DNA of 64,000 nucleotides. Origin: an uncultured Thermoleophilia bacterium (lineage in GTDB: Bacteria; Actinomycetota; Thermoleophilia; Miltoncostaeales; Miltoncostaeaceae). Shown piece after piece: positions 10,012-18,875 of this stretch. Where the stretch lies: contig CAVZAI010000002.1 in NCBI GenBank assembly GCA_963773325.1, forward strand, positions 1,532,274 to 1,596,273, given 5' to 3'. Both the position numbers and the translations under genes were made by a program. Every line of letters begins with the position of its first letter. Position 1 is the stretch's first letter. The notes under the pieces were generated by a model that did not search any database, was not told the origin of the DNA, and saw nothing but the letters and a program-made list of their open reading frames with translations.

Positions 10012-10494
10012 ATGTGGGTCTTGGCCAGCGTCCTGATCGGGCTGGCTCTCGCCGCGGCGGTGGCAGGGTTCCACTTGGGCCCGCATCTGCATGTCGCGGC
10101 CGGCGTCGTCGGGGTCGTGGCTGCCGTCTGGCTGCTGGTCATGGTGATCCAGGGTCAGTCGACCGTGACGCTCTGGGCCCTGTTAGTGGCGATGCTCATT
10201 GTCGCCGCCGGGGCTGCCGTGATCGGGTGGTACGGGCTCCGCGGGTCGGGCACGATCGCATACCATCCTGAGCGGGTCGAGGGCGCTGAAGGTGTCGCGG
10301 TGGTCGACCTGGATCCAGACGGTCTGGTGCGGGTCCGCGGTGAGCAGTGGTCGGCCACGTCCGTGAATGGAATCGCTCGCGCCGGGACACGCGTCCAGGT
10401 CCTGCGGCTCACCGGACTGCGCCTCGAGGTCTGGGCCGAGGAGCCCGATCTGCGCGTCACTGCGGGTGGGGGCAACGGCTCCGGGACGGGCTGA
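10012..10494 (+). CDS. NfeD-family membrane protein (short form)
   Basis: The ATG is preceded by GAGGAGG 8 nt upstream. Three N-terminal TM helices, then a C-terminal OB-like segment GLVRVRGEQWSATS...GTRVQVLRLTGLRLEV. Confidence 0.75.
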   Translation: MWVLASVLIGLALAAAVAGFHLGPHLHVAAGVVGVVAAVWLLVMVIQGQSTVTLWALLVAMLIVAAGAAVIGWYGLRGSGTIAYHPERVEGAEGVAVVDLDPDGLVRVRGEQWSATSVNGIARAGTRVQVLRLTGLRLEVWAEEPDLRVTAGGGNGSGTG

Positions 10495-11007
10495 GGCGAC
10501 AGTTCTCCACACGGGTCTGTCGCACACCTCGTGCGGTCGCGAAGGGACGCGCGACGGGGGACGCCAATCGGACAATCGTCGCGGGTGGCGGGCGGCCGTC
10601 GGGACAGGTTCTGCCACTTGCAGAGTGTCTTCTGGCCTCCCCGCAGGAACCATGCGCCCAGCCGTCCGCCGGGGCCGCTCGGCCACGCGCGGGACCAGCT
10701 TCCTGTACGCCCGCGGACCGCCCGTGTCGCGACGACTGATATTGAGTGCTTTCAGCTCGATCCTGGCAGGGATCGCGTCGTCGCCACCGCCCGGCCTGAC
10801 GACCGGGTTGCGTCCGCAGCCGATCGCCGCATTGCCGCCGCAGGTCGTCCAGTGGATCTTGCCGACGTACCCCGACGGGTCGCCGCCATTGAAGATCGTC
10901 GGCGGTCGCTGCGTTCCCCAGCCGATGGTGTCGTCGGGCCCCGGCAGGACGTACTTCGACCCGAGGACGACCCCGTGGTATGCCGAGGCGGCGATGAGTA
11001 GCGGCAC
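10183..11007 (-). CDS. hypothetical secreted-type protein, boundaries unresolved (possible remnant)
   Basis: Only residues about 1-100 (VPLLIAASAYHGVVLGSKYVLPGPDDTIGWG...IELKALNISRRDTGG) look protein-like. The rest is Arg/Pro-rich and overlaps nfeD on the opposite strand. The in-frame upstream sequence encodes a TM-like stretch but has no start codon. Confidence 0.25.
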   Translation of the reverse strand: MPLLIAASAYHGVVLGSKYVLPGPDDTIGWGTQRPPTIFNGGDPSGYVGKIHWTTCGGNAAIGCGRNPVVRPGGGDDAIPARIELKALNISRRDTGGPRAYRKLVPRVAERPRRTAGRMVPAGRPEDTLQVAEPVPTAARHPRRLSDWRPPSRVPSRPHEVCDRPVWRTVASARPGAVAPTRSDAQIGLLGPDLEAQSGEPQDLDACPGASDSIHGRGRPLLTADPHQTVWIQVDHRDTFSALDPLRMVCDRARPAEPVPPDHGSPGGDNEHRH

Positions 11008-11183
11008 CGCCGTGGTGCCGAGCGCCGCGATCCCGATGACGCCGGCCGTCGCGCTGTGCCGGCGTGCGCCGAGGCGGGTCTTGTCCTTCGAACGCGCATG
11101 TCGTGGTCACCACCTAGGCGCGATGCCGTGTCAGCCGCGCACGATCAGCCGAGCCGCGGGCGCAGTGCCGGAACAGCCGCGGG

Positions 11184-11618
11184 TCACTCGGCGAGTTGCT
11201 CGAAGCCCGATCCGGCCGGCTGGAACCGCGCAACCGAGAAGCCCAACAGCAGTGGGACGGCGATGGCGAACACCGCCAGCATCCCGATCAGGACAATCAG
11301 CGCGTTGCCGCGGGTGCCGTCGTAGATGAACGCGTAGCCGATCATGCCCGCGATCACCAGGTAGGCCAGGAGCGCCCAGCCGGCAACCAGGCGGAACGTG
11401 CCCCAGGCGAAGTCGTCGAGCCGGGCAAGGAGGACGACGTCGACCAAGAGCACCACGATCGCGAGGACCAGCAGCACGACCGCCGGCACGAGCGAGATGC
11501 TGCCGGGCAGGTTGGCCGCCATGTAGATGCCGCCGATGATCACCAGCACCATGGCGAGATCCGCGAGCTTGTCGATGGGCGGGAAGCTGCGTTCCTGCGG
11601 TGCGGGGGCCGTCGTCAC
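11184..11618 (-). CDS. integral membrane protein (4 predicted TM), unknown function
   Basis: The GTG start overlaps the stop of the upstream gene (GTGA). Hydrophobic helices throughout (MVLVIIGGIYMAANL..., LVPAVVLLVLAIVVLLV...). Confidence 0.6.
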   Translation of the reverse strand: MTTAPAPQERSFPPIDKLADLAMVLVIIGGIYMAANLPGSISLVPAVVLLVLAIVVLLVDVVLLARLDDFAWGTFRLVAGWALLAYLVIAGMIGYAFIYDGTRGNALIVLIGMLAVFAIAVPLLLGFSVARFQPAGSGFEQLAE

Positions 11619-12232
11619 TGCGTGGCCACCCGGGTCATGATGATGAGCGTCGCGACCTGCATGAGGCCGGTGATCCCGGCCGTGTAGATGAAGACCTTCA
11701 TCAGCCGGCCGATGCGCATGCCGTTGGGCTTCGGCTTCTTGAGCTCGAACAGCACGGCGAGGTTGGCGGGCTCGAGCAGGCCGATCGCGATCGTCGCCAT
11801 GATGCCGACCACGATGAACGAGGCCACCAGCCACGCGTGGTTGGGCGAGCTCGCATCGAGGTTGCCTTCGTGCCGGGCCAGCTGCCAGCCCGAGGCGAGC
11901 GTCATCGTCACGAGCGTCGGCATCAGGAGGACCATCTTGGGCATGAACCGGGTGGTGAACTCCATGCGGGCCGGGATCGACATCCCGCCGATGATCGGTC
12001 CGACGATGAGGCCCACGAACAGGTCGATGGCCGTCCAGAGTCCGCCGCCGACGACGTGGAAGAACACGAGCGCCCAGAGGTTGTTGCTCCAGATCGCGAC
12101 GATCAGGCCGATCACCACCGCAGCGACGATCGGGATCCCCTTGAGGGGTACGATCTGAAAATCGCGCACCGCCGGGGGCGGTCCGGCGTGGCTCTCAGGC
12201 GTGAGGGCGACAGCCGCGGCGTCCTGTGCCAT
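11615..12232 (-). CDS. integral membrane protein, unknown function
   Basis: 205-aa ORF with 5-6 hydrophobic helices. Translationally coupled to 11184..11618. Confidence 0.65.
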   Translation of the reverse strand: MAQDAAAVALTPESHAGPPPAVRDFQIVPLKGIPIVAAVVIGLIVAIWSNNLWALVFFHVVGGGLWTAIDLFVGLIVGPIIGGMSIPARMEFTTRFMPKMVLLMPTLVTMTLASGWQLARHEGNLDASSPNHAWLVASFIVVGIMATIAIGLLEPANLAVLFELKKPKPNGMRIGRLMKVFIYTAGITGLMQVATLIIMTRVATQ

Positions 12233-12539
12233 TGCGATACCCCAATGACGGTGACGGAGGAGTCATGCACCGAATGCGGGTGCAGTGATGGGTGCAATCT
12301 ACGACGCCCACCGGCGCCGGTCCATACCCCGCCCGCCCGCCACGCCGTCGCCGAACGGGCGCGCCAACCACCCTCGTCCGGGCTTTCCCTGAGCCAGATC
12401 GCGCCGCACGCCGGATGTTGCCCTGCTCAGAGCCGATTTACGCTTGCCGGACAAGGAGGACGACCGTGTCGGACAGATCACTGCTCAGCCGGGAGTCCAT
12501 GGCGCGTGCGCAGACGTCGGCGCGCAGCGCGGTGTGCCC

Positions 12540-14081
12540 GTGACGGCGCCGGTCGTGCGCCCGGCGGCCCGCCGGACCACCCACAACCTGGCCTGGGTCC
12601 TGCTCGAGCAATCGGGCCCTGGTGCCGCGGGCCTGCGCGCCGTCGTCGCCGAGGATGTGACCTGGACGGTGGCGGACCTGCGGGAGCGCACGGCGGACAT
12701 GGCCGCGGCCTTTGCCAGTCTCGGGATCCGCGCCGGGGACATCGTCCTCTTGCGTGCGCCCGATTCACCTGAGTGGATCGCGACCTTCCTCGGCGCGGTG
12801 CGGTGCGGTGCGGTGGTAGCGCTGGCCGGGATGGGCATCACCGGGGCGCGGCTCGCCGACGTCGCCGCACGGGCGACCCCGAACCTGGTCATCTCCGAGG
12901 GCCCACAGATCCTGCGGGACGTCCCGCAACTGGCGCCCGCGCAGTTCGCCGGCCTGGCCGCCGCCGGGACCGATCCCGGCATCTGCCCCGTGGGCGCCGA
13001 CGACCCCTGCTACATGCTGTTGACCTCGGGCTCCACGGGGCCGTCGAAGTGGGCCGTCCACCGGCATCGCGACATCCCGGGCTGCATCGCCACCTACGGG
13101 CGGCGTATCCTCAAACTGCGTCCCGGTGACCTGGTCTGGTCGGTGGCGGCCCTGCCGACCAGCTACGGCCTCGGAAAGAGCATGTACTTCCCGATCGGGG
13201 CGGGGGCGGCCGCCTGGATCGAGCGCCGCGACCGCGACCCCGAGCGACTCGAGATCGCCTGCCGGGACTTCGGGGTCAACGTCGTCGCCGGCGTCCCGAC
13301 CTGGTGGGCGCGCCTGGCGCGGCACGTGCGCGAGGGCCGCGTCGAGCGGGGCTCGTTCGCCGGCGTGCGTCTGGCGGTGGCAGCCGGCGAGCTGCTGGAT
13401 GTACGCGTCTGGGAGGCGGTCGCCGAGACGACGGGGATGCGTATCGTCAACTCGTTGGGGTCGTCGGAGGCGACGAACCTCTACACCTCCGATGTCGTCG
13501 GCAGTCCCGCGTCCGGGCGCACCGGCTGGGTCGTGCCCGGGTACCGGCTGCGCATCGCGCCGGTCGACGGCGCGCCGGACGGGGCCGGTGAGCTGCTCGT
13601 GGCCGGGCCGACGGTCATGGCGGGGTACTTCGGCGATCCCGAGGCCACGGCGCGCGCGCTCGACGGGGAATGGCTGCGTACCGGCGACCTGGTCGAGCGG
13701 CTCCCGGACGGGGAGATCCACATCCTCGGCCGCATCGGCGACCGCATCAAGGTCGGGGCCTCGTGGGTCGACCCGGCACGCGTCCGCGACGTCCTCTTGG
13801 CCGACGACGATGTGCTCGATGCGATTTGCGTTCCGGTCGTCGACGACGACGGGGTGACGCGGCTGGTCGCCGCCGTCGCGACCGCGCGGCCGGGTCGTGC
13901 CCTGGAGGAGCGCCTGCGCGAGCGTCTGCGCGCGCTGTCGGCGTCCGAGCGACCCCGGACGCTGCTGGTTGGCGCCGAGCTGCCGGTGACGGCATCCGGC
14001 AAGATCGACCGCACCGAACTGAACGCGCGGGCCCGCGCGGCACTCAGCAACCCAACCCAGAAGGTGACGCATGGCCACTGA
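12540..14081 (+). CDS. AMP-dependent synthetase/ligase (benzoate-CoA-ligase-like acyl-CoA synthetase)
   Basis: AMP-binding motif LLTSGSTGPSKW, TGD motif WLRTGDLV, and a C-terminal SGKIDR. The start is uncertain. I chose GTG 12540 because it overlaps the stop of a short RBS-led uORF. The ORF-track start is TTG 12444. Confidence 0.8.
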   Translation: MTAPVVRPAARRTTHNLAWVLLEQSGPGAAGLRAVVAEDVTWTVADLRERTADMAAAFASLGIRAGDIVLLRAPDSPEWIATFLGAVRCGAVVALAGMGITGARLADVAARATPNLVISEGPQILRDVPQLAPAQFAGLAAAGTDPGICPVGADDPCYMLLTSGSTGPSKWAVHRHRDIPGCIATYGRRILKLRPGDLVWSVAALPTSYGLGKSMYFPIGAGAAAWIERRDRDPERLEIACRDFGVNVVAGVPTWWARLARHVREGRVERGSFAGVRLAVAAGELLDVRVWEAVAETTGMRIVNSLGSSEATNLYTSDVVGSPASGRTGWVVPGYRLRIAPVDGAPDGAGELLVAGPTVMAGYFGDPEATARALDGEWLRTGDLVERLPDGEIHILGRIGDRIKVGASWVDPARVRDVLLADDDVLDAICVPVVDDDGVTRLVAAVATARPGRALEERLRERLRALSASERPRTLLVGAELPVTASGKIDRTELNARARAALSNPTQKVTHGH

Positions 14082-14493
14082 TGTACTTGATCCCGCGATC
14101 CTGGAGCGATGGAACGGCTGCGGGTACTACCAGCTGGTCGGTATGCGTGTTGAGCGCGCCGACGGCGAGGGGAGCCTGTTCCGGATCACGATCACTCCCG
14201 GGCACACGCAGCTGTACGGCACCGCCCACGGGGGAATCCTGTGCGGGATGCTCGACGCCGCGATGGCGCTGGCGCTGCTGGCGAAGATGCCCGTCGACGA
14301 AGGGTGCGCGACGGTCGAGATGAAGGCCAACTTCACCGCGCCCGGCAACCCCGGTGAGCTCGTCGGCACCGGCATGGTCCTCGACATGGGCCGGCGGATC
14401 GCCGTGGCACGCGCCGACATCCGTGACGAGGGCGGGCGCTTGGTTGCCAGCTCGCAAGGGACCTTCATGCGCTTCAAGACGGGTGACGCATGA
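14071..14493 (+). CDS. PaaI-family hotdog-fold thioesterase
   Basis: Motif GTAHGGILCGMLDAAMALA, 140 aa. Overlaps the ligase stop by 11 nt. Confidence 0.85.
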   Translation: MATDVLDPAILERWNGCGYYQLVGMRVERADGEGSLFRITITPGHTQLYGTAHGGILCGMLDAAMALALLAKMPVDEGCATVEMKANFTAPGNPGELVGTGMVLDMGRRIAVARADIRDEGGRLVASSQGTFMRFKTGDA

Positions 14494-15248
14494 GTGGCCT
14501 GACCCGACTCGACGGCAAGGTCGCGATCATCACCGGCGCGGCCGGTGGGATCGGCCAGGCCATCGCCCGGCTGCTGGGCGAGCGCGGTGCGACGGTCGTC
14601 CTGACCGACAAGGATCCGGCCGTGCTGGAACTCGAGGGCGCCTTCGGGCCCGACGCCCTGGTGCTGACGCATGACGTCACCAGCGTGGACGACGCCACCG
14701 CCGTGGTGGCCCGGGTGCGCGAGCGCTTCGGGCGCCTGGACGTGCTGGTCAACAACGCCGGCTGGGACCGGCCGAGCCTGTTCGCCGATTCAGACCCCGC
14801 CGACTGGCTGCGGATCGTCCAGATCAACTACCTGGGTGTCGTCACGGGCAGCTACGCCGCACTCCCGTTGCTGCGGGAGGCGCCCGACGGAGGTGTGATC
14901 GTGTCGATCGCCTCCGACACCGCCCGCGTGGGCGGATGGGGCGAGGCGGTCTACGCCGGCGCCAAGGCGGGAGTCGTCGCGTTCTCGAAATCGCTCGCCC
15001 GCGAGGTCGCCCGCGACGGGATCCGCGTGAACTGCGTTTCGCCGGCGGTCACGCAGACCGCGTTCCAGGACCGACTGGCCGCCGACCCGATCGGCGCGAA
15101 GATCGTCGAGGGCGCGATCCGTTCCGCGCCGATGCGCCGGTCCGCCGTTCCGGAGGAGATCGCCGAAGCCGTCGCGTTCATGGCCTCGCCCGCGGCGGGC
15201 TTCATCACCGGTCAGGTGCTCTCGGTCAACGGCGGGGTGGTGATGTAG
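14490..15248 (+). CDS. SDR-family oxidoreductase (FabG-like)
   Basis: TGAAGGIGQAIA cofactor motif, NNAG, and the catalytic YAGAKAG. The ATGA overlaps the upstream gene. Confidence 0.9.
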   Translation: MSGLTRLDGKVAIITGAAGGIGQAIARLLGERGATVVLTDKDPAVLELEGAFGPDALVLTHDVTSVDDATAVVARVRERFGRLDVLVNNAGWDRPSLFADSDPADWLRIVQINYLGVVTGSYAALPLLREAPDGGVIVSIASDTARVGGWGEAVYAGAKAGVVAFSKSLAREVARDGIRVNCVSPAVTQTAFQDRLAADPIGAKIVEGAIRSAPMRRSAVPEEIAEAVAFMASPAAGFITGQVLSVNGGVVM

Positions 15249-15255
15249 CCCGGCG

Positions 15256-16896
15256 CTAGTTGAGGGCCTTGGGCAGCTGCGCGGGGCGCCGGGGCGGGGT
15301 GACCTGGACGAAGACCGCGATGCTCCGCACGTCGATGCGGGTCGCGCGGGCGCCCGAGGCCGCGATGGCTGCCTGCAGCCGGTCGGCGGGCGGCCCGATC
15401 GGCGCCGCGAATGCCGGATCGGGATCGCGCGCGACCGCGGCGGCCATCGCGGGGAAGCGGTTGACCCCCGGCGTGCCGACGACGTCGATCGCGCCGTTCG
15501 ACGCGAACGCGATCGGGTAGGCGAGCCAGTAGTTCGCGTAGAGCGCGTGGACCCCGTGGGCCTCGAGCGCCGCAGCCACCGCGGGCATGTCTTGGGTGCG
15601 GATCGGCAGGCGGTCGACGTGCCCGGTGGTCTCGCCACGCGCGTCGGCGGTGCGCATGGTGACGATGCTCGTGCCGAGGATGGCGGCGACCAGCGCCACG
15701 CCGACGGCACCCGCAGCGCGGCGGGGCATCCGCAGGACGCCCCATGACAGCCCCAGGGCCAGCAGCGGGTAAAGGACAAACAGGTAGCGCGGCTCGCGCG
15801 TGTAGACCGTGAAGGCCGAAAAGCCGTACAGGACGGCGAACAGCACGAACCCGGCGAGCACCAGGTCGATCGGTGCGCGGTGCGCGGTGTGCAAGCGCAC
15901 CAGGTCGACCAGGCCGCGCCAGCGGACCGCGATCCCTGCCGCCAGCAGGGCCAGTGCGGCCACGAGTACCAGCGCCTCCGGCAGCCAGCCGAGTGCCGGT
16001 GCGCCGGAGAACGGTCGCAACACCCCGAGAAACATGCCGAGCACCGGGTGCAGCAGGCCGTCGAGCTTCGATCCGAACGAGCCCGTCGAGGCGCCGTTGC
16101 CCTGGGCCCAGGGCGGCGTCCAGCCGTGCTGGAGCTGATACGCGATCGACGGTGCGTAGCCGACCAGGACCCCGGCGAGGCCAACCGGCAGCAGCCGGAC
16201 GATCGACCCCCGGGTCGAGGCGAGCGCCCAGAGCACGGCGGGCACCACCAGGAACAGGGTCAGGGTGCTCTCCCAGAGGCCGAGCCCGAGGCACAGGCCG
16301 AGTCCCGCCGCCAGCCAGCGGCTGCGCGGCGCGGCCGGGTCGAGGCGGAGCGCCACCAGCAGCGCCACCACCCCGATGACCTGCGCGGCCCCGTACGAAC
16401 CGTGGCTGTGGATGCCCTTGTAGACGTTGTAATAGGGGCCGGCTGCGTAGATCGACGCCGCCAGGACGCCGCCCCAGGGCGATCCGGTCACACGCCGTCC
16501 GAGCAGCCCGACGAGCAGGCAGGTCACCCCGCACAGGGCGACCTGGACGAGCCGCAGGGTCGTCGGGGTGCTCGGGAGCACCCAGAGGACCGCCGCCTGC
16601 AAGTACTGCTCGAGCGCCCCCATGTAGTTCGAGCCGGCAAGGTACGCGAACCACTGCCCGTGCAGGATGTCGCGGGCCATGATCCCGGTGACGGCCTCGT
16701 CGGCATCCAGGCGTCCGATGGTCGAGACCAGCGCCACTGCGCGAATCGCGACGCAACCGGCGACCGCGATCGCGAGCACCACGGCCGGCAATAGGGTCCA
16801 GGCATCGCGGGCGGGCACCTCCGCCGCGACGTTATCGGGCACCGACCCGGCGGGGCCGCGCCGCGGTCGGCTCGCGAATCCCAGAAGACCGGTCAT
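15256..16896 (-). CDS. GT39/ArnT-like (PMT_2) membrane glycosyltransferase
   Basis: Internal ATG MTGLLGF. About 12 TM helices. The N-terminal loop DADEAVTGIMARDILHG is typical of dolichyl-phosphate-mannose/ArnT-type transferases. Confidence 0.7.
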   Translation of the reverse strand: MTGLLGFASRPRRGPAGSVPDNVAAEVPARDAWTLLPAVVLAIAVAGCVAIRAVALVSTIGRLDADEAVTGIMARDILHGQWFAYLAGSNYMGALEQYLQAAVLWVLPSTPTTLRLVQVALCGVTCLLVGLLGRRVTGSPWGGVLAASIYAAGPYYNVYKGIHSHGSYGAAQVIGVVALLVALRLDPAAPRSRWLAAGLGLCLGLGLWESTLTLFLVVPAVLWALASTRGSIVRLLPVGLAGVLVGYAPSIAYQLQHGWTPPWAQGNGASTGSFGSKLDGLLHPVLGMFLGVLRPFSGAPALGWLPEALVLVAALALLAAGIAVRWRGLVDLVRLHTAHRAPIDLVLAGFVLFAVLYGFSAFTVYTREPRYLFVLYPLLALGLSWGVLRMPRRAAGAVGVALVAAILGTSIVTMRTADARGETTGHVDRLPIRTQDMPAVAAALEAHGVHALYANYWLAYPIAFASNGAIDVVGTPGVNRFPAMAAAVARDPDPAFAAPIGPPADRLQAAIAASGARATRIDVRSIAVFVQVTPPRRPAQLPKALN

Positions 16897-16973
16897 CGGC
16901 TGGGAGGGTACGCGGACGACGGCACCCGGGGAGCGGGTACGGTCGATCCTCGGTGACGGCGCATGCGCGGCAT

Positions 16974-17609
16974 TCAGGCGCCGCCAGCTGCGCGCAGCCC
17001 AAGTCGCGCCGAGACCCGGTCGATCCAATCCCGGCGGCCGTTGGCTTCAAGGGTGGTGATGCCAAGCCGCTCGGCCGCCCGCAGGGCCTGGGGGCGGTCA
17101 TCGACGTAGAGCACCCGCTCGGGCGGCGGCCCGAGCCGTGTCAGCTGGGCGAACGCCCGCGGATCGGGCTTGACGAGTCCCGTGAGGCTCGAGATCAGCA
17201 GCGGATCGAGCACGTCGACCAGCCCCGCCGCGTCGAGGACCGGCAGCACCCATTCGGTCCGCTGGTTGGACAGGATGCCGACGGGGACCGCCGCCGCCCA
17301 GCCGCGGACCATCGCGATGTGGTCGAGGGGGCGCAGCATCGACGTGGTCATCTGGGTCTGCCAACGCCCGGTCTGGACCGGCACATCGGCAAACGCCGTG
17401 AATGCCGCCCAGAACTCCTCGAGGCTCATGCGCCCGCCCCAAAACGGGGCGAACAGCCGGGTGTTGAAGTGCCGCCACAGCTGCTGATCGGTCTTGGCCG
17501 AATGGGCCGCCAGATCCGCGATCATCTGGGGCATCGCCGACGGCAGGACGACGCCGCCCAGATCGAGGATCAGGTGCTCGACCGGGGGCGTGTCGATTGC
17601 CGTGCTCAT
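16974..17609 (-). CDS. HAD-superfamily hydrolase
   Basis: This is the C-terminal 211 aa of ORF 16974..19019, from MSTAIDTPP. Motif I-like ILDLGGVV, a later VGILSN, and YVDDRPQ. Confidence 0.7.
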   Translation of the reverse strand: MSTAIDTPPVEHLILDLGGVVLPSAMPQMIADLAAHSAKTDQQLWRHFNTRLFAPFWGGRMSLEEFWAAFTAFADVPVQTGRWQTQMTTSMLRPLDHIAMVRGWAAAVPVGILSNQRTEWVLPVLDAAGLVDVLDPLLISSLTGLVKPDPRAFAQLTRLGPPPERVLYVDDRPQALRAAERLGITTLEANGRRDWIDRVSARLGLRAAGGA

Positions 17610-17642
17610 CGCGGACCAGTCTAGGCCGCACGGCGCCGGTCC

Positions 17643-18875
17643 ATGACCGCCTGGAGGGACTACACTGGCCGCGCCATGGCACCGTCGCCACCAGACCGGG
17701 CCGCACGTCGGGCCGCCGCGCAACGGCGCCGCGTGCGCCGACGCCGCCAGATCGCGCTGCTGGCGCTCGCGGGCGCGCTCGTCGCCGCGCTGTTGGTCTG
17801 GACTGCGTTGGGCTCGTCGGGGGGCGGGGCGCGGTCGACCAACGCGGCGACCCGCACGTCGCCGCCCGCCAACCCGACGACCGCCGCCACTGCGGCGCCC
17901 GCCGTCAGTGCGAGTCCCGCTGCCCGGATCACCGTCGCGGCGGTGGGCGACACCATGATGGGGTCTCCGCCGTACGGTCTGCCGCCGGACAACGGCCGGT
18001 ACCTGTTCAGCGCGGTCAAGCGGTATCTGGTCGGCAACGTCGTGATCGTCGACCAAGAGGGCACCTTCACCGAGACCGGGCCCTCCAAGTGCGGCCCGAC
18101 CTCGACCGACTGCTTTGCGTTCCGGAGCCCGCCCGCCTACGCCGCGAACCTGACCGCCGCGGGGTTCACCGTGGCCAACTTGGCTGACAACCATACCTTC
18201 GACTTCGGGGCGATCGGGCTCACCAACACGGTGGCGGCGCTGAACGCCGTCCGGCTGCCGCACACCGGTCTGCCCGACCAGTTCACGATCCAGCATGTCG
18301 GCCCGACAAGCGTGGCGATCCTGGGATTCGCGCCCTACAACTGGTGCGCCAACTCCCTCGACCTTCCCGGCGTGCGCGCCCTGGTTCGCCAGGCGCGCCA
18401 TGCGGCCGACGTGGTGATCGTGTACTTCCACGCCGGGCACCAGGGGGCCGACGCGGTCCACGTCGGGCCGGGTGCCGAGGACGTCGACGGCAACCCCCAG
18501 GGCGACGTGCAGCAGTTCGCGCACACCGCGGTCGACGCGGGTGCCGACCTGGTCATCGGCACCGGCCCGCACGTCCTGCGGGGCATCCAGTTCTACCACG
18601 GACACATGATCGCCTACAGCCTCGGCAACTTCGTCGGCTACCGGGGCTTCGGGCTGGGCGGCAACCTGAGCACCAGCGCCGTCCTGCAGGCCACCGTCAC
18701 CGCCGACGGGCACTTCGTCGCGGCGCGCCTGCGGCCGGTCGAGCTCGACTCCAACGGCGTGCCGGCCCCGGGGGGTCAGGGCATTCCGCTGGTCCAGACG
18801 GTCTCGCGGCAGGATTTCGGTGCGACCGCGGCCCGGATCTCGAATGCGGGCGTGATCAGCCCGCCGGCGGCGTGA
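17643..18875 (+). CDS. CapA-family (PGA_cap, metallophosphatase-like) protein, copy 1
   Basis: N-terminal Arg-rich segment plus a TM helix. Motifs AAVGDTMMG, ADNHTFDFG, HAGHQG, GTGPHVLRG. Confidence 0.8.
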   Translation: MTAWRDYTGRAMAPSPPDRAARRAAAQRRRVRRRRQIALLALAGALVAALLVWTALGSSGGGARSTNAATRTSPPANPTTAATAAPAVSASPAARITVAAVGDTMMGSPPYGLPPDNGRYLFSAVKRYLVGNVVIVDQEGTFTETGPSKCGPTSTDCFAFRSPPAYAANLTAAGFTVANLADNHTFDFGAIGLTNTVAALNAVRLPHTGLPDQFTIQHVGPTSVAILGFAPYNWCANSLDLPGVRALVRQARHAADVVIVYFHAGHQGADAVHVGPGAEDVDGNPQGDVQQFAHTAVDAGADLVIGTGPHVLRGIQFYHGHMIAYSLGNFVGYRGFGLGGNLSTSAVLQATVTADGHFVAARLRPVELDSNGVPAPGGQGIPLVQTVSRQDFGATAARISNAGVISPPAA

